Below, piece after piece: positions 9,735-18,978 of a stretch of DNA of 64,000 nucleotides. The DNA is from Candidatus Dormiibacterota bacterium (GTDB taxonomy: Bacteria; Chloroflexota; Dormibacteria; Aeolococcales; Aeolococcaceae). The position numbers and the translations under genes are program-made. Within the stretch, counting starts at the first letter, position 1. The number at the start of each line of letters is the position of its first letter. Where the stretch lies: positions 421,035-485,034 of the forward strand of contig CAWBSL010000003.1 of NCBI GenBank assembly GCA_963791435.1, read 5' to 3'. The notes beneath the pieces were generated by a model. It saw nothing but the letters and a program-made list of their open reading frames with translations. It was not told the DNA's origin and made no database searches.

Positions 9735-12143
9735 GTGAGGGCTGAGCCACGGGCCACGTACCGGGTGCAGCTCCGCAAAGAGTTCGACTTCGAGGCGGCC
9801 GCGGCAATCGTCCCGTACCTCGAGGAGCTCGGCATCTCGCACCTTTATTGCTCACCGTACATGCAGGCGGCGGAGGGCAGCACCCACGGCTATGACGTCG
9901 TCGACCCCACACGCATCAGCGCCGACCTGGGTGGTGAGCGAGGGCTGCACGAGCTCGACCAAGCGCTTCGGCGGTCACAGATGGGTCAGCTCCTCGACAT
10001 CGTGCCCAATCACATGTGCATCTCCGACCGCAGGAACACGTGGTGGTGGAGCGTGCTGCGTGATGGGCGCGGTAGTCGATATGCACGCTCCTTCGACATC
10101 GACTGGGACGCGCCGGCCCTCGACGGGCGCGTGCTCCTGCCTGTGCTGGCCGCGTCTCGCTCGCAGTTACTTGATGAAGCCGCGCTGCAGGTCGAGCCCG
10201 GGCCGGATGGCGAGCTGGAGCTCCGCTACGAACGCAGTGCCTTTCCGCTCGCGGCCGGCACAGCTACCGATACCGGCCCCGTGTCCCTTGCAACACTCGA
10301 GGGGCAGCACTACATCCTCGAGGATGCCGCGACCGGATCCGGACATCTCAACTACCGGCGCTTCTTCGATGTCTCGTCGCTGGCGGGTCTTCGCGTGGAG
10401 GATCCGCAGGTCAACGCGGCCGTTCTCGCCAGGGCGCTCGCGCTGCTCGACGACGGCACCGTCGACGGTCTCCGCATCGACCACATCGATGGCCTCCGAG
10501 ATCCCGCAGGCTTCGCCGGCCGCCTGCGGTCGGCGGTTCCAGGCGCCTGGCTGATCGCCGAGAAGATCCTCGCCGCCGGGGAACGCGTGCCACCGGCGTG
10601 GCCGATCGACGGCACCACCGGGTACGAGTTCGGATCCAGGATGACCGCACTCATGGTCCGCGCCGAAGGTCTTGCGGAGCTCGACGCCACGTACACCGAG
10701 TTCACCGGTGACCGCGGGCGCTTCCAGGCGCACTCGAACGAAGCGCGGCGTGAGATCGAGGAGACCGTGCTCAGTGCGGAGCTCGCGAGGCTCACACGCG
10801 TTGCCGCGGCAGCGGGCATCGTCGATGCCCACGACGAGCTGGTCGAGCTCATCGCGGGCATGCCTCGCTACCGGATCTATCCGCGCGCGAACGAGGCGCT
10901 GTCGGACGACGACGAGCGCGCCACCGGAGTCGCCGCAGCGAGTGCATTGCACTCCGGTCGCTGCGATGCAGGACGCCTCGATGCAATCCTCGCCGTCCTC
11001 CGTGCCGAGGGAGACGCGACTCCGGAACGGGAAGACCTTCGGGAGCGGTTCCAGCAGGTGGCGGGGGCGGTGATGGCCAAAGGAGTCGAGGACACCGCGT
11101 TCTACCGCTACGTCAGGCTCGTGGCACTGAACGAGGTGGGCTCGGACCCGGACGCGACGAGCACCCTCGACGAGTTTCATGCCATGTGTGTCTTCAACTC
11201 AGCGAAGCAGCCGATGACGCTGCTGGCGACGACGACGCACGACACCAAACGGTCGGAGGATGCCCGGCTGCGCATCGCCATGTTGTCGGAGATCCCCCGG
11301 CGATGGGGTGATGCTCTGACTGCACTGCACGCGTTGGCCGCGCGCCACGTTGGGGACCACATGCCCTCAAGGCAGGCGGAATATCTTTTCTATCAGACGC
11401 TCATCGGCGCGTATCCGCTCGATTCGGACCGCGCCTGGGCGTACATGCTCAAGGCGTCGCGCGAGGCAAAGGTCGAGACAAGCTGGATCGAACCAAACAA
11501 GCGCTACGAGGCAGCGCTCGAGGGCTTCGTCCGCGCCATGATCGACGACCAGGAGGTTCGCGCGGAGGTCAACGCCGTCATCGAGTGCATCACGCCGGAG
11601 TGGCAGATCCTCTCGCTCTCCCAGACCCTGATCAAGATGACGGCACCGGGGATACCCGATATCTACCAGGGCTCCGAGCTCTGGGACCTCCGGCTCGTCG
11701 ACCCTGACAACCGGACGCCTGTCGACTATGACGTTCGACGCCGGCTGCTTCGCGAGGTGACGGGAGCGGATGGTGGCGCGTTCATGTCCCGGCTCGACGA
11801 GGGTGCTCCGAAGCTGCGAGTGATCGCCCGCGCTCTCGCCGTGCGCGCCGGTCACATGGAGGCGTTCGGCAGGGATTCCGGGTATGAGCGACTGCCGGCC
11901 ACGGGCTCGCGCGCCGAAAACGCCATCTGCTTCGTGCGGACTCGCGCGGACGCCCAACCCGTGACGGTGACTGTCGCTTTGCGCTGGCCGATCCTGCTGC
12001 GCTCCGGTTGGCAGGACACGGTCGTGCAGCTTCCCGAAGGTCGATGGCGTGATGCGTTCACTGGGGCCGAGATCGATGGCGGCGAGCAGCGAGTCCAGGC
12101 GGTGGTCCCCGAGGCTCCGGTCGCCCTTCTGGAGCGCATGTGA
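9735..12143 (+). CDS. treY: Maltooligosyl trehalose synthase TreY
   Basis: ATYRVQLRKEFDFEAAAAIVPYLEELGISHLYCSPYMQA..STHGYDVVDP matches the N-terminus of the TreY family. I chose the in-frame GTG at 9735 because the ORF-track start at 9576 overlaps glgX. Confidence 0.9.
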   Translation: MRAEPRATYRVQLRKEFDFEAAAAIVPYLEELGISHLYCSPYMQAAEGSTHGYDVVDPTRISADLGGERGLHELDQALRRSQMGQLLDIVPNHMCISDRRNTWWWSVLRDGRGSRYARSFDIDWDAPALDGRVLLPVLAASRSQLLDEAALQVEPGPDGELELRYERSAFPLAAGTATDTGPVSLATLEGQHYILEDAATGSGHLNYRRFFDVSSLAGLRVEDPQVNAAVLARALALLDDGTVDGLRIDHIDGLRDPAGFAGRLRSAVPGAWLIAEKILAAGERVPPAWPIDGTTGYEFGSRMTALMVRAEGLAELDATYTEFTGDRGRFQAHSNEARREIEETVLSAELARLTRVAAAAGIVDAHDELVELIAGMPRYRIYPRANEALSDDDERATGVAAASALHSGRCDAGRLDAILAVLRAEGDATPEREDLRERFQQVAGAVMAKGVEDTAFYRYVRLVALNEVGSDPDATSTLDEFHAMCVFNSAKQPMTLLATTTHDTKRSEDARLRIAMLSEIPRRWGDALTALHALAARHVGDHMPSRQAEYLFYQTLIGAYPLDSDRAWAYMLKASREAKVETSWIEPNKRYEAALEGFVRAMIDDQEVRAEVNAVIECITPEWQILSLSQTLIKMTAPGIPDIYQGSELWDLRLVDPDNRTPVDYDVRRRLLREVTGADGGAFMSRLDEGAPKLRVIARALAVRAGHMEAFGRDSGYERLPATGSRAENAICFVRTRADAQPVTVTVALRWPILLRSGWQDTVVQLPEGRWRDAFTGAEIDGGEQRVQAVVPEAPVALLERM

Positions 12144-13936
12144 CCACGCGCCGGATCAGCGTCTGGGCACCCGACGCAAAACAGGTCGAGCTTCTGCTGG
12201 GTGACGACCGCAAGCGGATGGAGGAGAGTGGCGGCGGTTGGTTCGCTTGCAACGCGGTGGTCGCCGCTGACGACGACTACGCGTTCGGCGTCGATGGGAG
12301 TGAGCCGATGCCCGATCCTCGCTCGCGGTTTCAACCGGCGGGCGTCCACGGCGGGTCGCGCCTCGTTGCGCATCCACGCAAGCGTGGCCGCGACGACTGG
12401 CGAGGGTTTCCATCGCGAGACGCTGTCATCTATGAGCTGCACACGGGAACGTTCAGCGCCGAAGGCACGTTCGACGGTGCGATCGGTCACCTGGACCACC
12501 TCGTCGCTCTCGGCATCAATGCGATCGAGGTGATGCCGGTCGCGGAGTTCCCCGGCCGGCGCGGATGGGGATACGACGGCGTCGACCTCTTCGCGCCACA
12601 GAGCACCTACGGTGGCCCGTCCGGGTTCCACCGCCTTGTTGACGCGTGTCACCGCCGCGGTATCGCGGTGATCCTCGACGTCGTGTACAACCATGTTGGT
12701 CCTGAGGGCGACTACCTCGGATCGTTCGGCCCGTACTTCACCAATCGCTACGAGACGCCCTGGGGCAGCGCGTTCAACTTCGACGGCGAGCACTCGGACG
12801 AGGTCCGTCGTTTCGTGCTCGACAACGTGGAGATGTGGGTGCGCGAGTATGCAGTCGATGGGCTGCGGCTCGACGCAGTCCACGCCATCATCGACACCTC
12901 GCCGCTCCACATCCTCGAGGCGATCACGACGCGCGTGGCGGAGCTTGCGGCGGAACTCGGGCGGGAGGTGTGGGTCATCGCGGAGAGCGACAGCAACGAC
13001 CCGCGACTCGTGCGCGATCGAGACCGTGGGGGATACGGCTTGACCGGGCAGTGGAACGATGATTTCCATCACGCGCTGCACTCCGTGCTGACCGGCGAGC
13101 AACACGGGTACTACGAGGACTTCGGCCGCCCGGATGAGATCACCACCGCGCTGCTGCAGTCCTTTGTCTATGCGGGCCAGTACTCGCGACACCGCAAACG
13201 CACGGTCGGGCGCTACGCCGGCGATCTCCCCCAATCCCGATTCATCGTGTACTCACAGAATCACGACCAGGTCGGCAATCGCGCCGCCGGCGAGCGTCTC
13301 TGCCATCTGGTCAGTGACGGACGGGCTCGCATGGCAGCAGCTTTGACACTGCTCTCGCCGATGGTTCCCATGCTCTTCCAGGGCGAGGAATGGGCGGCGA
13401 GCACACCGTTTCAGTACTTCACCGACCTCGGCGATGCGCACCTTCGCAAGGCCGTTACCAACGGGAGGCGCCGTGAGTTCAGAGCGTTCGGCTGGCCCGC
13501 CGATGCTGTACCCGACCCGCAGTCACCCGCGACGTTTCAGCGGTCGGTATTGCGATGGGACGAGGTCCACGATGGAGTCCACGGGCGCATGCTCGGGTGG
13601 TACCGAGCGCTGATCGCACTCCGCCGTTCTCGGGACGAGGCTGTGGACGGCCAGGCCACAACCACCAACGCGTGGTATGACAGCGCCCGCAACCTGTTGC
13701 TGTATTCGCACGCCGACCTGCTCGTGTGTTGCAACTTCGGCGACACTCCCGTCCTCGTGCCCGAAGCCTCGGAGAAAACCCTTGTGCTGTCGCCGGACGA
13801 TGCTGCGTGCTCGGATACAACGCCGTCGCTCAACGCCGACTCGGTCGCCGTCTGGAGCGACGGCCCGGACACACGGGAGCAATCAGCCGGCGTCGGTCGC
13901 TTCCGGCTCCCACAACGGCAGCGACAGGACGAATGA
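12140..13936 (+). CDS. treZ: Maltooligosyl trehalose trehalohydrolase TreZ
   Basis: GH13 motifs [45 protein letters not shown]. The GTG start overlaps the treY stop (ATGTGA). The 3' end overlaps the convergent kinase by about 54 nt. Confidence 0.9.
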   Translation: MTTRRISVWAPDAKQVELLLGDDRKRMEESGGGWFACNAVVAADDDYAFGVDGSEPMPDPRSRFQPAGVHGGSRLVAHPRKRGRDDWRGFPSRDAVIYELHTGTFSAEGTFDGAIGHLDHLVALGINAIEVMPVAEFPGRRGWGYDGVDLFAPQSTYGGPSGFHRLVDACHRRGIAVILDVVYNHVGPEGDYLGSFGPYFTNRYETPWGSAFNFDGEHSDEVRRFVLDNVEMWVREYAVDGLRLDAVHAIIDTSPLHILEAITTRVAELAAELGREVWVIAESDSNDPRLVRDRDRGGYGLTGQWNDDFHHALHSVLTGEQHGYYEDFGRPDEITTALLQSFVYAGQYSRHRKRTVGRYAGDLPQSRFIVYSQNHDQVGNRAAGERLCHLVSDGRARMAAALTLLSPMVPMLFQGEEWAASTPFQYFTDLGDAHLRKAVTNGRRREFRAFGWPADAVPDPQSPATFQRSVLRWDEVHDGVHGRMLGWYRALIALRRSRDEAVDGQATTTNAWYDSARNLLLYSHADLLVCCNFGDTPVLVPEASEKTLVLSPDDAACSDTTPSLNADSVAVWSDGPDTREQSAGVGRFRLPQRQRQDE

Positions 13937-16274
13937 GGTGCCACCGCCGGGTGTCGATTCCGCGGTGATATCCCCACCGTGGAGCCGAGCAAGCTCGCGC
14001 GAGAGATAGAGCCCGAGTCCCGTGCCGGAGATGTGGCTGTTCTCAGGAGTCACCAACCGGCTGAAGCGTGTGAACAAGCGGTGCATCTGCTCCTCCGGAA
14101 TCCCGAGTCCGTGGTCCATGACGGCGATGCGCGCAGAGCCGTCACTCGCCGTAGCGTCGCAGCTGATCTCGCCGCCGTCCGGTGAGAACTTGATCGCATT
14201 GTCGAGGAGATTCCGGAGGACGGTCTCGATCCTCCCCGCATCGACGTTCACGATCACCGTGTCACCGGGCAGACGAACGTCGAGACGGTGGCCCGCGGTG
14301 AGCTGCGGCTGAATCGCCGACGTTGCGGCGGTGACGATCGCGCGCAGGCGTTGGGGTTGCCGGTCGAGGCGCGTGATCCCCTCCTCGAGACGCGCGGTCT
14401 CGAGCATCTCGTTCACGAGCGCGTTCATCTCATCGAGCTTGCGTTCGATGACCGGCATCGCACGTTCGAGCGCCTCGCCGTCGAGCGATTTGTCCGCCAT
14501 CATCGAGAAGTACCCGCGGACGATGGCGATCGGTCCGCGCAATTCGTGCGATGCGAGCTTGAGAAAATCGGAGCGCATCTGCTCCATGGCCCGGGTGCGC
14601 TCGATGTGCTCGTGCAGGCGTTGCGCCTCAGCGTCGGCAAGGGCGCGCATCCGGTGCTCGGACGCCTTGATCTGCCAGACGAGTCCGGCGGCGAACGCGG
14701 CCAGCTGCAACGTCCACGCGTCCTCGTCGCTGAACCCGCCGGGATAGATCGGTTCGTGTGCGGCCAGGACACCAAGGCGTAGTGCTCCAGCGCGCCAGGA
14801 GACCGACATGGTGTCGACGGCCTCCGAACCGTCTTGGCGGACAGGCACGCTCGTGCCGAGCTCGTTCGCATGTCCGCGAAACACGGCATCGCCAAAGACA
14901 ACACGGTCGCGATCCGATGTGCCGCTGGGGTCGCACGGGACCGGTCGCAACTGCGCGAACTCGTCGTCGGTGACACCGTAGGCCCCGGCCGCGGGTGTCA
15001 AACGGGTGCGGTCGGTGCTGAGCCTCCACAGCAACACCCGGCGCGCTCCCACGAGCTCTGCGACGGTTCCGGCGAAGCGTGCGAAGAGATCGGCATCCGA
15101 GGTCGCCGCATCGAGATGGTCGGACACGCTGAGCAGCACCCGCAACGCCTTTTGCTGCGCCTCCTTGGTTTCTGCAAACAGGCTGGCGTTGCGCAATGCG
15201 AGCGCGGCGGAGAGCGCGATCTGTTCGAGGTTTTCCAGGTCGAGCTGCGCGAACTCTTGATTCGAGCGACGGCTCACGGCGAGAATGCCGAGCGCATGGC
15301 CGCTGGTCCGGAGAGGCACGATGACGCGCCGGCGCACGTCGGACAGCTGTTCCTGCATGTCTTCGGGCATGCCAGGCACGTCGGAGAAACCTTCAAACGC
15401 GCCCTCGCCGCTCTCGATCGCGGCGCGAATCTCCGGAGTCAACTCCCATCTCGCCCCGATTCGCGCGGGAGCGCGATCACGGTCGTACCCGGCAATGGCC
15501 TCGATGGAATCCGGCCAGAATTTGGTCACCGTGATGCGATCGACGTCGACTTGCTCGGCGATCCGCTCGACGATTGCCTGAACAACGCGCGACGGGTCGA
15601 GTGACGCCGAAAGCTCACGCGTCGCTTCACTCGTCAGACGCAGGCGTTCGACCAGACGCTGAGTTCGATTCGCGGGCGTCGTCGCCGAGGACGATGATGC
15701 TGATCAAGCGGGTGAAGCGATCCATCACGGCTCTGTCGACGTCGTTGAATGGCCGGCTCTCCGCGCGCCAGAACCCGACAACTCCCGTCGCGACGCGTCC
15801 GTCGGGGAGCGGTGTGCCGGTCGACAAGGGGACGAGGCGTCCCACCCGGATCCGCTCGCGGAACACGTCCGGGGCGGCGCTGTCCGCCGCAGGGTCGGTG
15901 GTCTCGACGGGGGTCTGGTGGAGAATCGCCCGCCCGTGGAGCATTCCTTCGTGGAGCGGCCATTCCCTGCCGATCAGTTCCTCCGCCCAGGGACCGGATC
16001 CGGCGACGACCTGAAAGACGTCCGGTCGCGCGGCGGAGACGATCGAGATGACGCACTCGGCGTCGTCGACGAGATAGGTCGCCTCGACCGCCATGAGTTG
16101 GAGCACCTCCCGGAGTGGGATGGGCGCGCGGGGGTCGCTCGGAACGTCGAGGAGCCGTCCGACGAGGCGCCCGATTGCCTCGTCAACACTTCGCGCAGCA
16201 TCGTCTGGAGGCGGGCTGGTTCCAGGCGCAGCAATCTCAGACGGCGATTCGCTCCGGCTCCCTTCGAGCACCAC
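13883..16274 (-). pseudogene. Soluble multi-GAF sensor histidine kinase HK1; the ORF track splits it into a 215-aa GAF protein and a 548-aa kinase because of an apparent 1-nt frameshift
   Basis: H-box ASHELRGPIAIVRGY and HATPase N/G boxes (LLDNAIKFSPDGG, GTGLGLYLSRELARLHGG); no TM segment. The kinase frame stays open for about 35 codons upstream of GTG 15529, encoding the start of a GAF domain (LRLTSEATRELSASLDPSRVVQAIVERIAEQVDVDRITV) with no ATG/GTG/TTG. It meets the GAF ORF (15627-16274) at the GGG run 15674-15676. Confidence 0.75.
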
Positions 16275-16295
16275 TATACGACGCGTAGACTGACC

Positions 16296-16324
16296 ATTTT
16301 ACTGATATCGACTATATCACCCAA
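16296..16324 (-). promoter_or_regulatory. Candidate sigma70-type promoter for HK1 (TTGGGT-N17-TAAAAT)
   Basis: Minus strand reads TTGGGTgatatagtcgatatcagTAAAAT, about 21 nt upstream of GTG 16274. Confidence 0.35.
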
Positions 16325-16369
16325 GCCACCAGTCTCCTGACGGACGTTCCGATGCTGGTCCACCCAGGC

Positions 16370-16400
16370 TATAGTGACACTATAAGATTTTGTGACAATG
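16370..16400 (+). promoter_or_regulatory. MerR1 control region: perfect 15-nt palindrome TATAGTGACACTATA overlapping island motif CTAT-N9-TGACAATG
   Basis: The palindrome spans 16370-16384. CTATAAGATTTTGTGACAATG spans 16380-16400. TATAAG is a -10-like hexamer. Confidence 0.45.
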
Positions 16401-16474
16401 TGCAAGCCCGACCGATGCTCGATCCCCCATAGCCCGGCGAGGGCGGCAACGCCTTGCCATCCGGAGGCGGCCTG

Positions 16475-16792
16475 ATGAACGGAACAGTCCAGCTCGAGAA
16501 GCCCTTGTACACCCTCGACGTAGCGGCAGAGATGCTGGGAAGCCATCCGCGCACCCTGATCCTCTACGAGGAGCTGGGGGTCGCGAGACGATCAGCCGCC
16601 GGCACCAACAAATGGCGTTTCACGCTTCGCGACATCCTTGCACTGCGAGCGGTTTCGAGGCTGCGCCGCCAGTATCAGATGAACCTGGACGGCGCTCGTC
16701 AGCTGATCCGGTGCGTGCAACTCCTCGATGCGCATCACATCCCTCGGCCCCGCGAGTTGCGAGGCTTTGATCTTGAGCACGTCTCCATCTAA
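16475..16792 (+). CDS. MerR-family regulator, HspR-like HTH (paralog 1 of 3)
   Basis: LEKPLYTLDVAAEMLGSHPRTLILYEELGV reads as a MerR/HspR-type HTH. C-terminus CVQLLDAHHIPRPRELRGFDLEH is shared with the two paralogs. ATG 16475 has GGAGG 8 nt upstream; the ORF-track start is TTG 16454. Confidence 0.85.
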   Translation: MNGTVQLEKPLYTLDVAAEMLGSHPRTLILYEELGVARRSAAGTNKWRFTLRDILALRAVSRLRRQYQMNLDGARQLIRCVQLLDAHHIPRPRELRGFDLEHVSI

Positions 16793-18011
16793 GCGCGTCG
16801 AGGCAACGCGTCGCGGCCGCGCCGCGAACAGCGGTCAATCGGCCCCACGCGCGGCGCGCCCCGCAGCGAGCCGCCCGCGCATCCGTCCGCTCCTCGAGTC
16901 TCGTTCGCTGAAGGCGCTGGTCTGGCTCGCCATCATCCTGGCGCTCATCTGGATCTGCGAAGGCGCGGCGTTCATCCTCGTCCATGTTTTCAACGTGCTG
17001 CTGCTCTTCATCTTCGCGGGCATCATCGCGCTGATCCTCACGCCGCTCGTCGACCGGATGGAGCGAGTGCCACCGTTTCGCGGGCATCGTTCGATCACGG
17101 TTCTACTGATCTACATCGTGGGACTCGCGATTGTCGCGGGCGCCGTGATGTTGTTGCTTCCGACCGTTGTGGCGCAGGTCAAAAGTCTCCCGGCACTCAT
17201 GCAGACCGTCGAGGATCAGTTGCGCCATCACGGCATTTCGTTCAGCGTCGCATCGCTGATCAAAGCGCTGAACGGACAGCAACTCGGTGTCGCGATCGGT
17301 GTCGCGACCGCGTTTGTCTCCGGACTGCTCAGCGTGGTGCTGATCCTGGTGATCTCCATCTACCTGCTCATCGAAGGCCGCGCGGTGGTCGCCACTGCGC
17401 GCAACCTCTTCCCGAGCCGCCAACGGGAGTTCGACTTCGCCGCGCTGGCCGTCGGATCGACCGTGGCGGCCTACGTGCGCGGGCAGATCGTCATGTCATT
17501 TGTCATCGGCGCCTACACCGGCGTCGCACTGACGCTTGTCGGCGTCAAGTACGCGATCCTCATCGGCATCGCCGCATTCTTCCTCGAGTTCGTGCCGATC
17601 GTGGGTGCGGTCGTTGCGATGGGTCTCGCCATTGCCGTTGCGCTCCTGCAAAGCCCGGCGCTCGCGCTGTTTGCGTGCGGCGTCGGCCTCGTCGGGCACG
17701 CGATCGACGCTTACGTGCTCGGTCCACGAGTCTACGGACGCGTGACCAGGCTCCATGCGCTCGTGGCGATGGCCGCGCTGCTGGTCGGCGCCGAACTTGC
17801 AGGAATCCTGGGTGCCCTCTTCGCCGTCCCGGTTGCGGCCGTCGCGAACATCTTCCTTGGCGCTGTGTACCGGGCCCAGCGCGGTGAGCAGGCGATGAGC
17901 ACCGCTCCCGATGAATCGGTGACCGTCGACACGTTGCCGCGTCTCGGCGAAGAGGTCAGCTCGGTGGAGGAGGAGGGGGTCAAGAAGGAGCCCGTGCCGC
18001 ACGGCGTCTGA
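16728..18011 (+). CDS. AI-2E (PerM/UPF0118) family transporter
   Basis: Eight TM helices and the family-typical FLEFVPIVGAVVAMGLAIAVALLQSP. The start is uncertain: in-frame TTG codons at 16767 and 16773 would reduce the overlap with MerR1. Confidence 0.85.
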   Translation: MRITSLGPASCEALILSTSPSKRVEATRRGRAANSGQSAPRAARPAASRPRIRPLLESRSLKALVWLAIILALIWICEGAAFILVHVFNVLLLFIFAGIIALILTPLVDRMERVPPFRGHRSITVLLIYIVGLAIVAGAVMLLLPTVVAQVKSLPALMQTVEDQLRHHGISFSVASLIKALNGQQLGVAIGVATAFVSGLLSVVLILVISIYLLIEGRAVVATARNLFPSRQREFDFAALAVGSTVAAYVRGQIVMSFVIGAYTGVALTLVGVKYAILIGIAAFFLEFVPIVGAVVAMGLAIAVALLQSPALALFACGVGLVGHAIDAYVLGPRVYGRVTRLHALVAMAALLVGAELAGILGALFAVPVAAVANIFLGAVYRAQRGEQAMSTAPDESVTVDTLPRLGEEVSSVEEEGVKKEPVPHGV

Positions 18012-18044
18012 GCGCTGCGCCGGACGGCAGCGACTGGCGCGTCT

Positions 18045-18488
18045 TCAGTACGGGGTATCGGCCGAAGGGATCGCCTGCGACTTGCGCGTCTGCTCGACCT
18101 TGGTGGAGAGCTGAGCCGGGGTGGTGTCCGCTTTGACCAGGAACTCGAGGGCGCCCAACTTGAGGCCGCGCTCGCGCAGCTCGGGTTCCCCGTAGTTGCT
18201 GAGGATGATCACCGGGATGTGGGTCGTCGCGGGCTCGCCACGGAGGTGCTCGAGCACCTCGAACCCGTCGAGACCGGGAAGCCGGAGGTCGAGGTAGATG
18301 AAGTCCGGCGCTTCGTCGGCCGCCATTCGCAGCCCTTCCTCGCCGTCATGAGCCACGACGACCGTGTAGCCGTCTGCCGCGAGGCGCAGCCGGTACATCT
18401 CCGCCGCAGACGAGTTGTCCTCGATCAACAGAACCTTGACGTCGTCATCCACCAAGCTCTCTCCTCTGACCTCCGCCATCGGCGACAA
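18045..18488 (-). CDS. Stand-alone receiver (CheY-like) response regulator RR1, no output domain
   Basis: VKVLLIEDN...DFIYLDLRLPGLDGFEVL...PVIILSN...LEFLVKA has all receiver motifs (DD, phospho-Asp, T/S, K). The protein ends about 15 aa after the receiver. Confidence 0.9.
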   Translation of the reverse strand: MSPMAEVRGESLVDDDVKVLLIEDNSSAAEMYRLRLAADGYTVVVAHDGEEGLRMAADEAPDFIYLDLRLPGLDGFEVLEHLRGEPATTHIPVIILSNYGEPELRERGLKLGALEFLVKADTTPAQLSTKVEQTRKSQAIPSADTPY

Positions 18489-18613
18489 CCCCTGGCATCT
18501 GCGCCCATCTCACTGCGTTGGTTCTCATGCTCACGACTGTCTCTTCCGTACGGTAGCGCACAAACCGGGACGATTGGCGGTGGTACCGACGCTCCAACCC
18601 TCGACCGCATGGC

Positions 18614-18634
18614 CATTGTCAAACATTATGATAG
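18614..18634 (-). promoter_or_regulatory. Island motif copy upstream of RR1: CTATCATAATGTTTGACAATG
   Basis: Read on the minus strand, it has the same CTAT-N9-TGACAATG spacing as the MerR1 copy. TATCAT/CATAAT are -10-like. Confidence 0.4.
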
Positions 18635-18744
18635 CGGCTATAGGATGCTCGAGGGGGAGGTGCGGCCGGCGACCAGGCGCCCTGGGTCGTCTGATGGCCG
18701 CCCTATGGCCGCCTCATGCCTGCTGGCAGAAACGACAGTGCACG

Positions 18745-18786
18745 CTATAAGATAACTTGACAGTGCGGATGTCAAGGTGCTAGTGT
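18745..18786 (+). promoter_or_regulatory. MerR2 promoter: island motif CTATAAGATAACTTGACAGTG, TTGACA-N18-TAGTGT, and HAIR-like inverted repeat CTTGACA-N7-TGTCAAG
   Basis: TTGACA at 18757-18762 and TAGTGT at 18781-18786. The perfect 7-N7-7 inverted repeat at 18756-18776 overlaps the -35 box and spacer. Confidence 0.5.
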
Positions 18787-18978
18787 CGTCGCAGGGGGAA
18801 GGTCCACTCGTGAATCAAGAATTCCCCTCCCCAAAGCCCACCCCGCCGGGGTTCATCCCCCGGCCGGGGTGGCCAATCCAAGAGGCGGCATCGGCCGCTC
18901 TGTGGGTGCAGCCAGCGAGGTATACACTCGCGCTGATGACCGCGTTGGCTCAACGCTGAGCTCGTCGATGCGTCGCCG

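Noticed and set aside
13883-13936. 54-nt convergent overlap of the treZ 3' end with the HK1 3' end, as a possible antisense regulatory feature.
   Set aside because: The last about 20 codons of treZ (..PDTREQSAGVGRFRLPQRQRQDE) look like read-through past the conserved C-terminus. The overlap is most simply a late stop codon in GC-rich sequence.
18425-18622. 65-aa ORF starting at the ATG of the TGACAATG motif upstream of RR1.
   Set aside because: It runs out of frame into the RR1 coding sequence, and its translation is Arg/Trp-rich and not protein-like. The motif is more likely a DNA or transcript-start element than a start codon.
18777-18959. 60-aa ORF in the MerR2 leader.
   Set aside because: It has only moderate third-position GC, no RBS and no recognisable fold. 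It is kept only as an alternative explanation inside the MerR2 leader-hairpin finding.
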